A DNA stretch of 64,000 nt, from assembly GCA_964187785.1 (NCBI GenBank), contig OZ076409.1:10542001-10606000 (forward strand). The letters are read 5' to 3'. A program made the position numbers and the translations under genes. This DNA comes from Amphiscolops sp. MND2022 (Eukaryota). A model generated the notes under the pieces. The model worked only from the letters and a program-made list of their open reading frames with translations, was not told the origin of the DNA and ran no database searches. Shown piece by piece: positions 48,101 to 60,208 of the stretch; the stretch's first letter is position 1, and each line of letters opens with the position of its first letter.

Positions 48101-50743
48101 TTTGGAGTAAAGTTTGCCTTCTGCGCAGAATTGCAGAATTGTAAGAAAAGTGGACCACTCAGAGTGAGATTGTCAACTGAAAAAAACAAAAAAAAAAAAA
48201 AACTACTCACTGTAAGAGTCGGGCTTTTTTCCTTAAGGGAAAAGGCGCCGACTAAAAACTAGCCACTGTAAGTGTCGGGCACTTTTCACTAGAAAAGCGC
48301 CGACTAAAAAACGCAGGTGAAGCCAAGATTTTCAATCTTTCTAATGATAACTGTTGAATGGATTCGTTACATTTATTCTAATGAACATAAAAAAACTGTC
48401 GAACCAAAGCTTTAGTAGGTCTTCTATATAGTAGAAGATTAATTGAGTCAAAACATGCAATCTATGCGAGAACGGCTGAATGTTTGACGATGTATTTGAT
48501 CTGTCATATCAATTGTCTAAATTATTTCGATCATTTTGACTTTTGCAATATATTTAAAGGGAATACGATGACAAATGTCTAGAAGCAGAAAGGGGAAAAG
48601 CCGAAGGGGAAAATATCTTAGAACCAATAATTTTGCACAATTTTGCAATTTTGCACGTAATCAGGGAACGGGTTCAAATTAGGCAGGCCGTACTCCCTAC
48701 TAGAAAACAGAGTATTTAAAAATCACGGTCCTAACTGGAATTGATTTTTTCCAGACGAAACACTGACTGAAGAAGAACTGGAAGTAGTCCAGTGCAGCCA
48801 GTGTGGAGAGACTGGGATAGAGAGCCAACTGGTGATCCCTCTGGATGACTCTGGCATGTGTGTAGGGTCCAGCTGTGCCAATTGTTACGCCACCCAGATA
48901 ATGTACGACCAGTCTCTGGGAGCTCCTCCGGAAGAAGAACTTGAAAAGATCCGAAACTTCGGCAGAGCCACGGAGACGGAAGTTGTCGACCGGGACAATA
49001 TTAAAGACATAAAACCAGGAGATCATATTGAATGTTCCACTCATAAATACGGTTAGTGATTTGCACCAGTTTTGACATCGCTTATTGTTTTCGCTACTCG
49101 CTGAACCGCTGATTTCAAAATCGCTATTTTGCTGGAAAACTTTTTCTTCAAACGATTAAGTGATTGAATTCAAGTAGATTTCAACATTTAATAATAAATT
49201 TTCATTTTTAGCAAGAGAAAAACTAAAATTTTTCACACTGTGTGAGGTTTACACGTCTAAGAGTCGGGATTTTTCGAATTTCATTTCGAATATCCGTGTA
49301 TTTTCTGAGGAAATTTTGAACTTGGAGATTCTATTAGTTGCCGTTAAATTGGTTGCTGCTAATTTGAATCGCTAAATAAATCGAGGAAAACTCGGCGCGG
49401 ACGCTATTTCGGTAAATCGCTGATTAGCGGTGTCAAAATTATGATTTGCACTTTGAACCTAATTCCAAGGTGATTAGGTGGTTGTTATTTTTCCCAAGCA
49501 AACGTTTAGGAAAAAATTTATTGTTTGGCCTTAAGCAAGTCCTTTATCGCTAGCTTAGTGGTGTGGTCAGTCACAAAAAAATACGCATTTGGCGTAGAAA
49601 AGTGAAACCAATAAGAGCAACGATGAGCAGTCGGACCTTTGTGACCTTGATCAAGTCACTTTGAAATCACAAGTCAACCATTGCTTCAAATCAACCATTG
49701 CTTCAAGTCAACCATTGCTTGACCATTTGGCTGCTAATATGGTACCATAGCTTGCAATCCGAAAAGGCGCCGACTTTGAAAAGCAGAACTGCTTATTCTG
49801 CGTTGACCCCCGTTGAATCGGGGAAAAACTTCAGGAGATAAATCTGTCTGACTGATAAACTCTACTAAATATTGCTTTAAGGTCTAGCATCGATACTAAC
49901 TCTATTTTTATTCCAAGGTAAATTTTGGAGACTTGTTATTTTTCATTGCTAAATTTTTTAATTTCCAGCAACACCGTGTTGTTTGTTTCAGGTCTTCTGT
50001 CAATCGAGCACCATATATTCGTGTCTTTTGTTGACCTCGAGAATCAGTGCATGTTGGCCTTCGAAAGACTTTCCGAAGGAGTCCGCGAGAACGTTTACTA
50101 TTTCAAGGACCTTTTGACAAAGTACAGCATATGTCGAAAGTATATCTATGAAAACGAGAATTCTTTCGAGGAAAGCATCAAAATGGCTCTGACAGTTGTC
50201 GGAAAAGGACGCTACAATTTGTTCAACAAAAACTGCGAATGTTTCGTCCGCTGGCTGAAAACTGGGGTCTCCGAGTCTTTACAAGTCAAAGCAGCCCCTG
50301 GAAGAATTTTAGCCAGACTTGCTACCGTTTTTTCCAAATTGCCAGCTCTGGCAGTAAAAACTGGAGTAGCCAGACAGGGAGCTAGATCCGCCTTGGGTGC
50401 ACTCGGAAGTTTGGGCCTATCGGCTGCGATTTCAGCAGGTGTATTTGCATTCGAAAGACGCGGGCTGAAGAAACAGCTGAAAGCCGGGAAAATTTCCCGG
50501 GAAAATTACGAAGACAAGTTGATTGAGCGGGGGTTCGAAATGGGGGCTGCGGAAGTGGGCGCATGTTTGGGGACGGTGGCTTCCGTTGGCTTAAGTGTGA
50601 TGGGGGTGGGGACCCTTGGTTCACTGGGAGGGGCCATTATAGTCGGAATTTTAGGGGCCCTGATTCTAGCAAATGTGGGAAGCTGGATTGGTAAGACCAT
50701 TGTGAAGCATCGAAGAAAGAAGAAATTATCAAAGGAAAACTGA
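45139..50743 (+). CDS. 3-exon gene (~446 aa): Cys-rich N-terminus, LRAT/HRASLS-like (permuted NlpC/P60) domain, Gly-rich hydrophobic tail
   Basis: Exons 45139-45430, 48755-49051 and 49992-50743 join in phase 1/1 at GT..AG. Motifs IKPGDHIE, EHH and YNLFNKNCECFVRWLKTG. Linkage of exon 1 is less certain. Confidence 0.75.
45445..45696. mobile_element. Small MITE-like element in intron 1
   Basis: GGTAGG..GTATAGCCGAGCGAACTTTA at the left is approximately the reverse complement of TAAAGTTCGTTCGGTTATACGATCGGCTACC at the right. Confidence 0.45.
47286..47347 (-). repeat. tRNA-derived SINE head or tRNA pseudogene
   Basis: Minus strand TGGCTCAGTGG (A box) and GGTTCGAGTC (B box) at tRNA-like spacing; no complete acceptor stem. 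Confidence 0.5.
47423..48310. mobile_element. Two nested copies of a non-autonomous repeat (Helentron/HINE-like)
   Basis: Start AAACAAGACGGGAACGT..CAAGTCGGCG at 47423 and ~47862. End GTCGGG..AAAAG(G)CGCCGACTAAAA at ~48258 and ~48310. Family assignment is by structural resemblance only. Confidence 0.5.
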
Positions 50744-51118
50744 TGTCTTCCATGAACCAAACTTACATAAACTCTGCACTTTTTTAAGCTTGCAATGTTA
50801 CGAGAGATTACGTAAGATGTAAAATGTGAACAGTGGATTTCAGAATTATGTCACAAAAGGGGGTTGTTATGAGATTGACTGTATGCATATTTCGAGAGTT
50901 TTTATTTCAATTTTTCAATGGTCAATAGATAGTTTTACGAAAAATATATATTTTTTGTACACTTTTATCTATAACACTGTCCTTTTCATATATCTGTCTT
51001 TTCAAAGATACTGTAAATATATTACAGAAGTATGGCTATTAGATTATTTTACACTGTTTCCACTAGTACAATAAAAACAAATACTCTATGCTTATATTTT
51101 CGTCCTGAAGTATTTTAA

Positions 51119-54100
51119 TATTATAGACTCGTAAAAGAATAGGATAAGGATAGAATTTTGAGGCATGTACTAATTGTAAATAAGTCTAGACGTATCTAGC
51201 TTTTTCCTCTACATTCTCCCTTCTATAGGATTATGGGAAGCGTTCCTTGTTTCCAGTGGCTATTTGTTTTGCAGGGTTTCCACTTTTGGCAGGGGATCTA
51301 GGTTGTCGTGTAAAATGGATGACTTTCTTCTCAGGTTTTGGCTTTTGTTCTAAAAAGTTCAATTACTGTTAGACGTACTCGATTCCACTAAGTTTCTTCA
51401 CATTTTTTGCCGTTCTTCATCTATCCGATCTGCGTACCCTATTTTCACCTTCAAGGTTGTCTATTTCCTCCTCCCCCTCAAAGCCTATGTTTACTGTTTC
51501 TTTTTCCACAACTGTGTGGGGCGATGTTTTGGGAAATGTATCGCTGTCCGGTACCGTTGGTCCGTTCGGTGCCGCAACCTACGGGCGGTGTTGTTTTTGT
51601 TGTCAGGGCGTTGGGCGTTTGTTGTGTAACCTCTGGCTCTGAGGTGTAACCTCTGGCTCTGAATCGGCCGTGTTCGGTATCTCTTCGACCGTAGTGGACT
51701 GGCTGTCCGAGATTACAGTGACGTCAGGTATTTCTGTGTGTTCTCGTGCCGGCATTATTGATAGGGTTTTGCTTGAGCAGGCCTTGTCAGTTTCTTGTTG
51801 TTTTCAGCCATTGTTCTTTTGTGAGTATCGCAGAACTCGTCGTTGCTGAATCTGCCGCATCTCTTGCAACTTTTAGTAGGTTTCCTGTTGTCTTTAGACT
51901 TTTTGGATGGCTGAAGGTTTATAGGGTTAGATTCCAATTTTTTGTGTATGATTTTTCCGTGAGAGGTGGTTCCTGGTTTCTCTTTCAAAAAATTTGTATT
52001 TTCTAAAATTTTCCCTTACCGATCTACCTTTCTTCTTTGATTAATTGACAACCAGATAGTCGGCGAGTTCTCCATCTGAATCGTGGATGGTAAAAACTTG
52101 TAGTTCTGCAGGCTGAGCTAAAACGTAATTGGTTATAGTCCTCTTCCAGTTGGACAATAAGCACGTTGGTTGACCCATTAAATTGGTGATCGATATACAA
52201 GATTTGCATCCGAAATGCATTTCAAGTGGTGTCATTTTCAGCGTATTATGTGGTGTTTGCTTAATTGTTTTAATCGATAAGTGGACACTTTCTTCAAAGG
52301 TTAATCCATTTCCTAAATTGGCTCTAGTTAACTATTTAATCGTGCGTATTGTTCTTTCTACTAATCCGGTTCCCGTGTGTAGATTGGGGGTATATCGTAT
52401 TCGTTGTATAATTTTGCCGTTGCAATAGTATTTCAATTCCTGTCTTTTGAAACAACTTCCGCTGTCGGTGCGGATCGTCCGTGGTGTTCCGTTGTCGGAG
52501 CAATACTTCGTTAAAAATTTTAATACGGTCCGTGAGTCCGTATTTTTACAAATCTGTGCCGTTGGCCATTTGCTAAAACGGTCGACCGCCACTAAAATAT
52601 AAACGTCACTGCATGTTTAGGGATTTGATTGGACCGACGAAGTACAATTGGATTTCTTGATTCGGTACGTCTAAAATTTCGAGTGTATTTATTTCCGTGT
52701 GCGGTAACTGTGTTCTCAAATTCTTACCTGCAGCTCTACAGCTTGTGCAATTCTCAGCTTTCTCTCTGATTTCACCGTGAATTCCGGGCCACCAAAACGC
52801 TTCTGCTGATTGGTCCATTTTGTTTATTGACACATGTCCTTGGTGTAACAAGACAATCAATGTCGATCTCATGGCTTTAGGAATGACGATTTTATCATTG
52901 TAAAATAACAGTCCAAAGCGGGTGAATAGGTGTTTTCTGTGAGAGCGGTTTGGGTAAAAAATGCTGTCCGGCTGGTCCGTCTCGAGTGCAATTATGACAT
53001 CTAGCAGTTTTGTGTCCCTCGCTGTTTCGTCCACGAGTAGCCGCAGGTCTGCGGAGAAGTCTTTTTCTGCTTTATTTATGGCCTCTGCCGTTTTCTCGTT
53101 TTGAGCTTCTTGTAAGGTATTTTGGTTTGCCGTCTGTTTTACTCGAATTAAGTTTACGCTCTCGTTTTTCCGGAAATTTCGTAGCACATTGGTTGGGCAC
53201 TTTTCCTTTCCGAGTTGACCTATCTGGTTTTCGTTGTCAGAGGAGGCATTTAACCAGGAATCGTTTACGTTTTCGTGAAATTCCCTCAGTGGGGTTGTTC
53301 CAATTTTTCCTCAGAAGTGAAAGAAACAGTTGTATATTAGGATGTTCAACCATTCGATTTGTTTCCTCCCTTCTTCAGATGGGCGATATTCCTGTATTCT
53401 CTCGTTATTGCCGCCCTTTCCGACATTTCGGGATTTGTTCGGCTTGAGGATTCTGTTTCGTTCTTGGCGTAATCTATCGGTTTCAGGGGGAGTGCCCTCT
53501 CTTTTCGAAAATAAAATTCATGTCAATGCTATTTACTCTGTCCATAGTTGAGACCAACGGTGGATTGTTTGATTTTCTTTTAGCTAACTTGATGTTGTTT
53601 GGCGGTAAGATATTTTGAATTGAGTGTTCAGTCCGAACCGGTTCGCGCTTTTGTGTGTTTTTTCCGTCATTGGTCGTGATGATTAAATTCAAATCAGACC
53701 GTATATTGATTGATTACAAATCCTCCGGCTTCCTTCTCGTCTTCTTCGCAGTGAGTTCCGTCGCGCTCCCGTGTATTATTGGATGGCGGCGCAAGTAATT
53801 CGTTAACGGAATGTTTTTACCGGTGGTGTATTGTAAATTGACGTCAAAAAGGCTCAATTGGTCTAGCCAACGCGTGAGTCTTGCGCTGTACTGTTCGTGG
53901 GCTCGGCTAAGTTTTAAAAGTGGCTGTAGCGCCTGATGATCGATTGAAAGGTTTACTTTCTTACCGTAAACGTGGTATCTAAAATACTCAAGTCACCACA
54001 CAGCGCCTGATAACTCTAGTTCATTTATTGCGTATTTTTGTTCACAATCAGTGAGGAATCGACTTGCGAATGCTACTGGTCTAAAAACTTCACCCCCTTT

Positions 54101-57100
54101 TTGCCATAAAGTTGCCCCAAAACATGTATTACATGCATCCGCTGTTACGTAGTTGTATTTTTTGGGGTCGAAATGCGCCGGGCATGGTGCTCTTGTGAAT
54201 TCTTTCTTCAATTGTTCGAAATCGTCGTCTATTTCCGGAATCCATTCCCATTTGACGTCTTTCTTTAGCAGTCTTCACATTCTATCGGTCTTCTTAGAAA
54301 GGTTATTAAAAAATTTCGACTGGTATTGCATTGATCCCGAAAATGACTTCAATTCTTTTGTATTCGTCGGGTCTTTCAGCTTGGTTATGGCTTCTGTTAT
54401 ATCATTGAGAGGCTTTACCCCGTTCAGGTTGATACGATATCCGAGCCACCTTAGTTCCTTTTCGAATAATTCTGTTTTCTTTTCCATCGCCTGGTATCCC
54501 GCTTCTTATAGTTTGGATAGGACCTCTCGTAATTCCCGTTCGTGATCTTCTGCCGTCCCATTTTTAACACACATGATATCGTCTAGCCAGACAAGTGTTT
54601 TAAATTCCAGTACCGTGTCTATGTGTTCTTGGAATACGGTGGGGATATCTGACAAACCGTAGATGCTTTTTTTGAATCGTTAATGTCCGGTAAAATAACC
54701 TCTAATATTTGAGAATACGCAGTGTTTTCATGCTTCTTTGGATAATTTCGTTTGACCGTAGGCGTAATCCAGAACGATTTTTGACATCGACATTTCGCCT
54801 TCAAATTTTTGTAATTTTCGCTGAAGTTTACTGATCAGTTCTTCCATATTCGGCATTGCTGCCTTTCTTTTTATGCACGCTTCGTTTAGTTTCCTGGAAT
54901 CAAGGGCAGTCTTTACCGATTTATATTTTTCGATTGTTATCACTGCGGGTGATATGAAACAGTTTTCCGTGGTTTTGTCGGCTTTTTCAGGATGCCCTTT
55001 TTCGATCAATCTTTCCAGTACATTTCGTCCTGTATTTTGGAAGTGAATTGGCACCGGTCTCCCGTTTTGTTGTTTGGATTTGGCGTTTTTGTTCAATTGG
55101 ATGACGATGGTTAGGTTTTTTTTATAGTGTGGTTAGTTTAAAAAAAGATGTTTGTAATCTTTAAAAATTTTCCCACCTCTTTCATTGACTTCTATGTTTC
55201 GGATGATGTTTGTTTCCCTGTTCCCCTGTAGACCAATCTCGAGTTTGTCCAGCAAATCTAGTCCCAGTAGCTGCTGTGTGTTTCCTTTCTCCGTGATTAG
55301 TATTGGTAGGGTCACTGGTTTCGTTCTGCTTTTACCTCGACCATTGCTTCACCCTTGAACTTTATTGGATTTTTGTTTACATCCACGTTACATTTTGGAA
55401 ATGCTTTCATGTTCTTCGGATTCATAATTGGCGGAATTATAGTTACTGGTGAGCCAGTGTCAATAATGTATTCTATTCGCTGTCTTTCCACCAATAGAAT
55501 CGTTTTGTACAAATCGATGCGAATAATCCCGTTGATGGATTGTATATGATCGATTTCTGGCCATGGCTCCGTATTGCTTCCGATGTCTTCTTCTTGTATG
55601 AAGGGGCTTTTCTTGGATGTTGATTTAATATAAAAGCAGCAATAGTATCTGAATTGCTTTTGTGGAGTCTGTACGACTGTGTAAAGTTCTGTACATATTC
55701 GCACAGAAACTGTTTTTCAAAACTTCAATTAACAGGCGTTTTTGACTTGTAGTTTTCATTTTCTTTCTTTTCAAAGCAGTATTGACAACTTTCTAATTTT
55801 CGATAAATTCTGGCACATATGTCAGGATCTGTAAAGACCTGTACGGATTCGCACAGAAGTTTTTCCCCTAAACTTTGATCAGGTGACGTGTTTATCTCTT
55901 AAAGCACTTTTCAACAACTAATATCAATTTCAAAACTGTATTTACGACTGCTGGTTTCGTTCTGCTTTTACCTCGACCATTGCTTCACCCTTGAACTTTA
56001 TTGGATTTTTGTTTACATCCACGTTACATTTTGGAGTTGCTTTCATGTTCTTCGGATTTATAATTGGCGGAATTATAGTTACTGGTGAGCCAGTGTCAAT
56101 AATGAATTCTATTGGCTGTCTTTCCACCAATAGAATCGTTTTGTAAAAATCGATGCGAATAATCCCGTTGACGGATTGTATATGATCGATTTCTGGCCAT
56201 GGCTCCGTATTGCTTCCGATGTCTTCTTCTTGTATCCGATTCACGGTCTTTGATCGGCATACTTTCGCAAAATGTCACGTCCTTTTGCAATTGTTACATT
56301 GGGCTTTCCGTGCCGGGCAAATCTTGTCCGGTGTCCAGTTTGGCTTTCCACAAAAGTGTTAGTTGCGGTCCGACGTTTTTTTTTCATTTGTGATTGCGGT
56401 TCTTTTTCTCGGCATATGCTTTGTGTACCCAATTTGTTCAATTTGTTCGTCTTTTGATGACGTGTCTGATGAAGTCTTCCGTTGTCTCTTGGATTTTGCG
56501 TATTTGTCACCAAATTTGCGGTTGTAATTGTCTAATTCTATTGTCTCGAGTACCAGTTTTAGCTTCAATGGACCTTTTATGAACTTTTCACGAGCTTTTT
56601 TGTCATGTTTGCTGCGAATTTGTACGTGACAATGTCTTCAGGAGCTCTTGCCTGATGCTGTTGAATTCGCACTTCCTCCCAATGTCCACTAGCTTCTTCC
56701 AATTTTCATCTAGGGTTTCGTTGTCCTCTTGCAGGGTGTTGAAGAATTGGGCTCTGCTGTGGAATACGTTTCTTGTTGGTAGGAAGGTTTTCTTGAAAAA
56801 TTTTAGCAACTCTTGTAAGCTGATATCGCGGAGTTCTTTTCCCCATTGACCCCTCATGATCTCATGTTTTGCTTTTGAGCGAAGTGCCCAAACGACATCG
56901 CCCTTGATGTGGTAGGTCGTGTGTGGGTCCATGGAGTCTGTTCCCAGTTCTATCAGTTCTTCTAGTTTCTTTTGATAGGTCAGTTCAATTTACTCCGATA
57001 TCTGCTCCCACCACATTTTTGGGTTGATTTTTTATAGGTCGGTCTCTCTATCCGATAGAATCGGTAATTTGTACTTGTTTCATTCGGCCCTCTCGAACGT

Positions 57101-57382
57101 GGTTTGGTTGGCCAACGTCTGATCGGCTACATTGGGGTTGTACGTGTTGTCCATTGTTTCTCGTTCTTTTCTTTTATGACTGCGCCATGCTATAGACTCG
57201 AAAAGGAATAGAATAAATAAGGTTCAAATTAAGAGCAGGTTCGATATCAACTGAATGTGATAGTTCATGTTATCGTACATACACAACAAACGTTAGCATC
57301 TCAATGAATGGAATTGCAATGTAGTTTTGAGGCAGGTACTAATTGTAAATAAGTCGAGACGTATCTAGCTGTCTCCTCTACA
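51119..57382 (-). mobile_element. Decayed gypsy LTR retrotransposon (element D, 6.3 kb) with short LTRs
   Basis: LTRs 57188-57382 and 51119-51213 (shared ends, ~100-bp indel). PBS TGGCGCAGTC at 57187 down; PPT AGAAGGGAGAA at 51214-51224; TSD TTTAA/TTGAA. Fragments IIDTGS, LDSRKLN, TADAC, LHQGH..CTSC, VDRFSKW and GLVERTI. Confidence 0.88.
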
Positions 57383-59231
57383 TTGAACAACAACGTTTTT
57401 TGGACTCCAGCATAGCTTATAAACTACAAAACCTACACAATAAAAATACGTATCTGGCATTTTGCTTCATTCCAAGCAAAGCAAAAATTGATTTTTTTTC
57501 TGTCAAAAAGGAACCTAATACCTAAGGAGCTATAGCTCTATATGCAAATGGCGAAAACAACGAAAAGAGCAATCACATGCTGAGTGCCACGTCACACATC
57601 GAAATAGTATTTTTGACAAAGTTTCTGAACCTATCAAAGTTAAGAAATCGTCTGATTTTGCTTTACCAGAGGATCCCGTTACAGAGTGAAACACATTCAA
57701 AGATGAAAAAAAAACAAATTCACTGAAACTGAAGCACAGCAAAGATTTTATTTTGTCAAAAACCCTCAATGAAACTACACATCATGACATAAGCGATGAA
57801 CGACGCCTGGGTACACTCTGGCAAATGGATTCCTATGTTCTGAATGTGGCTTCGGTGTCCCCGCTCATGTTCCACACATGTTCTCCAGACTAGGCTGGGG
57901 CTTTCCTTGGATGTTGATTTAATATAAAAGCAGCAATAGTATCTGAATTGCTTTTGTGGAGTCTGTACGACTCTGTAAAGTTCTGTACATATTCGCACAG
58001 AAACTGTTTTTCAGAACTTCAATTAACAGGCGTATTTGTCTTGTAGAGTTTTCATTTTCTTTCTTTTCAAAGCAGTATTGACTACTTTCTAATTTTCGAT
58101 AAATCCTGGCACATATGTCATTATCTGTAAAGATCTGTACGGATCGCACAGAAGTTTTTCCCCTAAACTTTAATCAGGTGACGTGTTTATCTCCCAAAGC
58201 ACTTTTCAACAACCAATATCATTTTCAAAACTGTATTTACGACTAATTTATTTTCGATAAATCCTGGAATATCTGTCAGGATCTGTACAGATTCACAGGG
58301 AGGGCTCAACATGGGTATTACCTTTTCATGAATATATTGAAGCCGAAAAAACTTTCAGGAAATCTACAAAATTTTCATGATCAAAATTGAAAAATGTTGG
58401 TGAACTTTTCATGGATTTTTTGGGGATTGATCCTTGATTTACCATAAATAATTGATTAAGTATTGTGTTAATTAAAAATAGAGTTTTCAAAAACATAACT
58501 GATGCATTTAAGGTTCATTAATTTGCATTTACAACAGTTTGGTTACACCAATATACTAATAAGGAGTCGTTAGAAAACGCATAAAATATACCACGGAGAG
58601 TTTGGATGAAAATTGTTCGGAAAAGGCAAACTATTTTTTCTTACTTTGAAATACTCCCCGAATATTGGGTTCCCGATTATTTTTATATCAACCTCTCCTA
58701 TGAGCAGGTACCGGAAAAATAAGCTTAACCTATTTTGACCTATTTTACCTAAATTGGTAGGGGGTTTTCCAAATAACCTGTTCTCACCTATTTTGCCCTG
58801 TTTTGACCCAACTCACGTAAAATTTTCATTCATATGGCGACATGATAAATGTCATATAGGCATTTCTCATATTTACAGACCGGAAGACAATGCCGAAGAC
58901 AAATTGCCAACAGCCCAAAAAACAACCCGGGACTCCACAAAATCCTTCAAAATATGGCTCGTTTCTTTTATTCACCCCTTATATCATGCGAAAGTGAGAG
59001 ACTTTTTAGTTTGACTAAAGCTATTTACATTAATTCTTCTAATATTAGCGAAGAACCTCTGCAAGCATTGATGTATATGGGTTTTGGAAATTGAATTTGT
59101 TTTGACCTTCGTTTTGACGTTTTTTTTTCGTTTTTGTTTGACCTTTGAAGGCGTCTATTTGACGATTATGAGGACCTAAAATTCCGGTCCTTGTCTATAG
59201 TTATATAGATATATAGTTATATAGGTATATA

Positions 59232-59781
59232 CCCTGGTTGGAACTGCTTGAACTTTTTACATGTTTGTGTAGGTTACCAAGCTAATTTTCCATGATTTTA
59301 TAAAATTCTCAAAGAAATGTCCATGCATTAAATCTTCCCTGATTCGATTTAATTTTACCAAGCTGTTTATAAAATGCATCTTAAATTTGACGGCATGTCT
59401 GCGTCGCGACGTTTTGCAGGTTTCATAAAGACGCCGTTCTAATTTTGAAAGCTGCTGAAACCTTAATCAATTTTACCGCTTTCAATGCAAACAAATTTCA
59501 GTCACATTATAAGTTTCAAAGTAGCGGCATATTCAGTGTGCTATTTGGCTAACGGTGAATTACATAAGGTACTTACATGAGAAACTTACGCGTGAAAACA
59601 AAGTGATCGCTGCGGCGAAGAAGTGGAATAGTTTTCAGTTTTAATTCAAATAGTGAAGGCTGCATTGTAATCCTACAAAATGTTTTCATGCACGGTCCCG
59701 GAATTTTCCATGTTTTATAAAAAAAATTAGCCTGCATGTTTCCATGCAGCATGTAAAAAGTTCGAGCAATCTCGACTAGGG
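59232..59781. mobile_element. MITE with imperfect TIRs and TA flanks
   Basis: CCCTGGTTGGAACTGCTTGAACTTTTTACATG ... CATGTAAAAAGTTCGAGCAATCTCGACTAGGG, with TA on both sides. Confidence 0.65.
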
Positions 59782-59934
59782 TATAGGTTATATAGGTATA
59801 TAGTTATATATATCCGGTCCCTGTCTATTTTACAATAATTTCCGGCCTAATGACAAAAATGTTGATGTGATCCAAAAACAATTGATTCACCGCTTTAAAA
59901 TTCTTACCACGGGGAGCGGATGAATCATAACATA

Positions 59935-60208
59935 ACTGGAACTGCTTGAACTTTTTACATGTTTTTGTAGGTTACCAACCTAATTTTCAATGATTTTATA
60001 AAATTCTCAAAGAAACGTCCATGCAACAAAACTTCACGGATTCGATTTAATTTTATCAAGCTATTTAATTGCCGACAGATTTAGGATGCATTTTATAGGC
60101 AGCTTGATAAAATTAAATCGAATCCGTGAAGTTTTGTTGTATGGACGTTTCTTTGAGAATTTTATAAAATCATTGAAAATTAGGTTGGTAACCTACAAAA
60201 ACATGTAA
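59935..60208. mobile_element. Fold-back MITE of the same family, right arm interrupted by element A copy 2
   Basis: 108-bp inverted arms 59955-60062 and 60101-60208 with a 38-bp spacer. The right arm stops at CATGTAA where the LTR begins. Confidence 0.75.
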
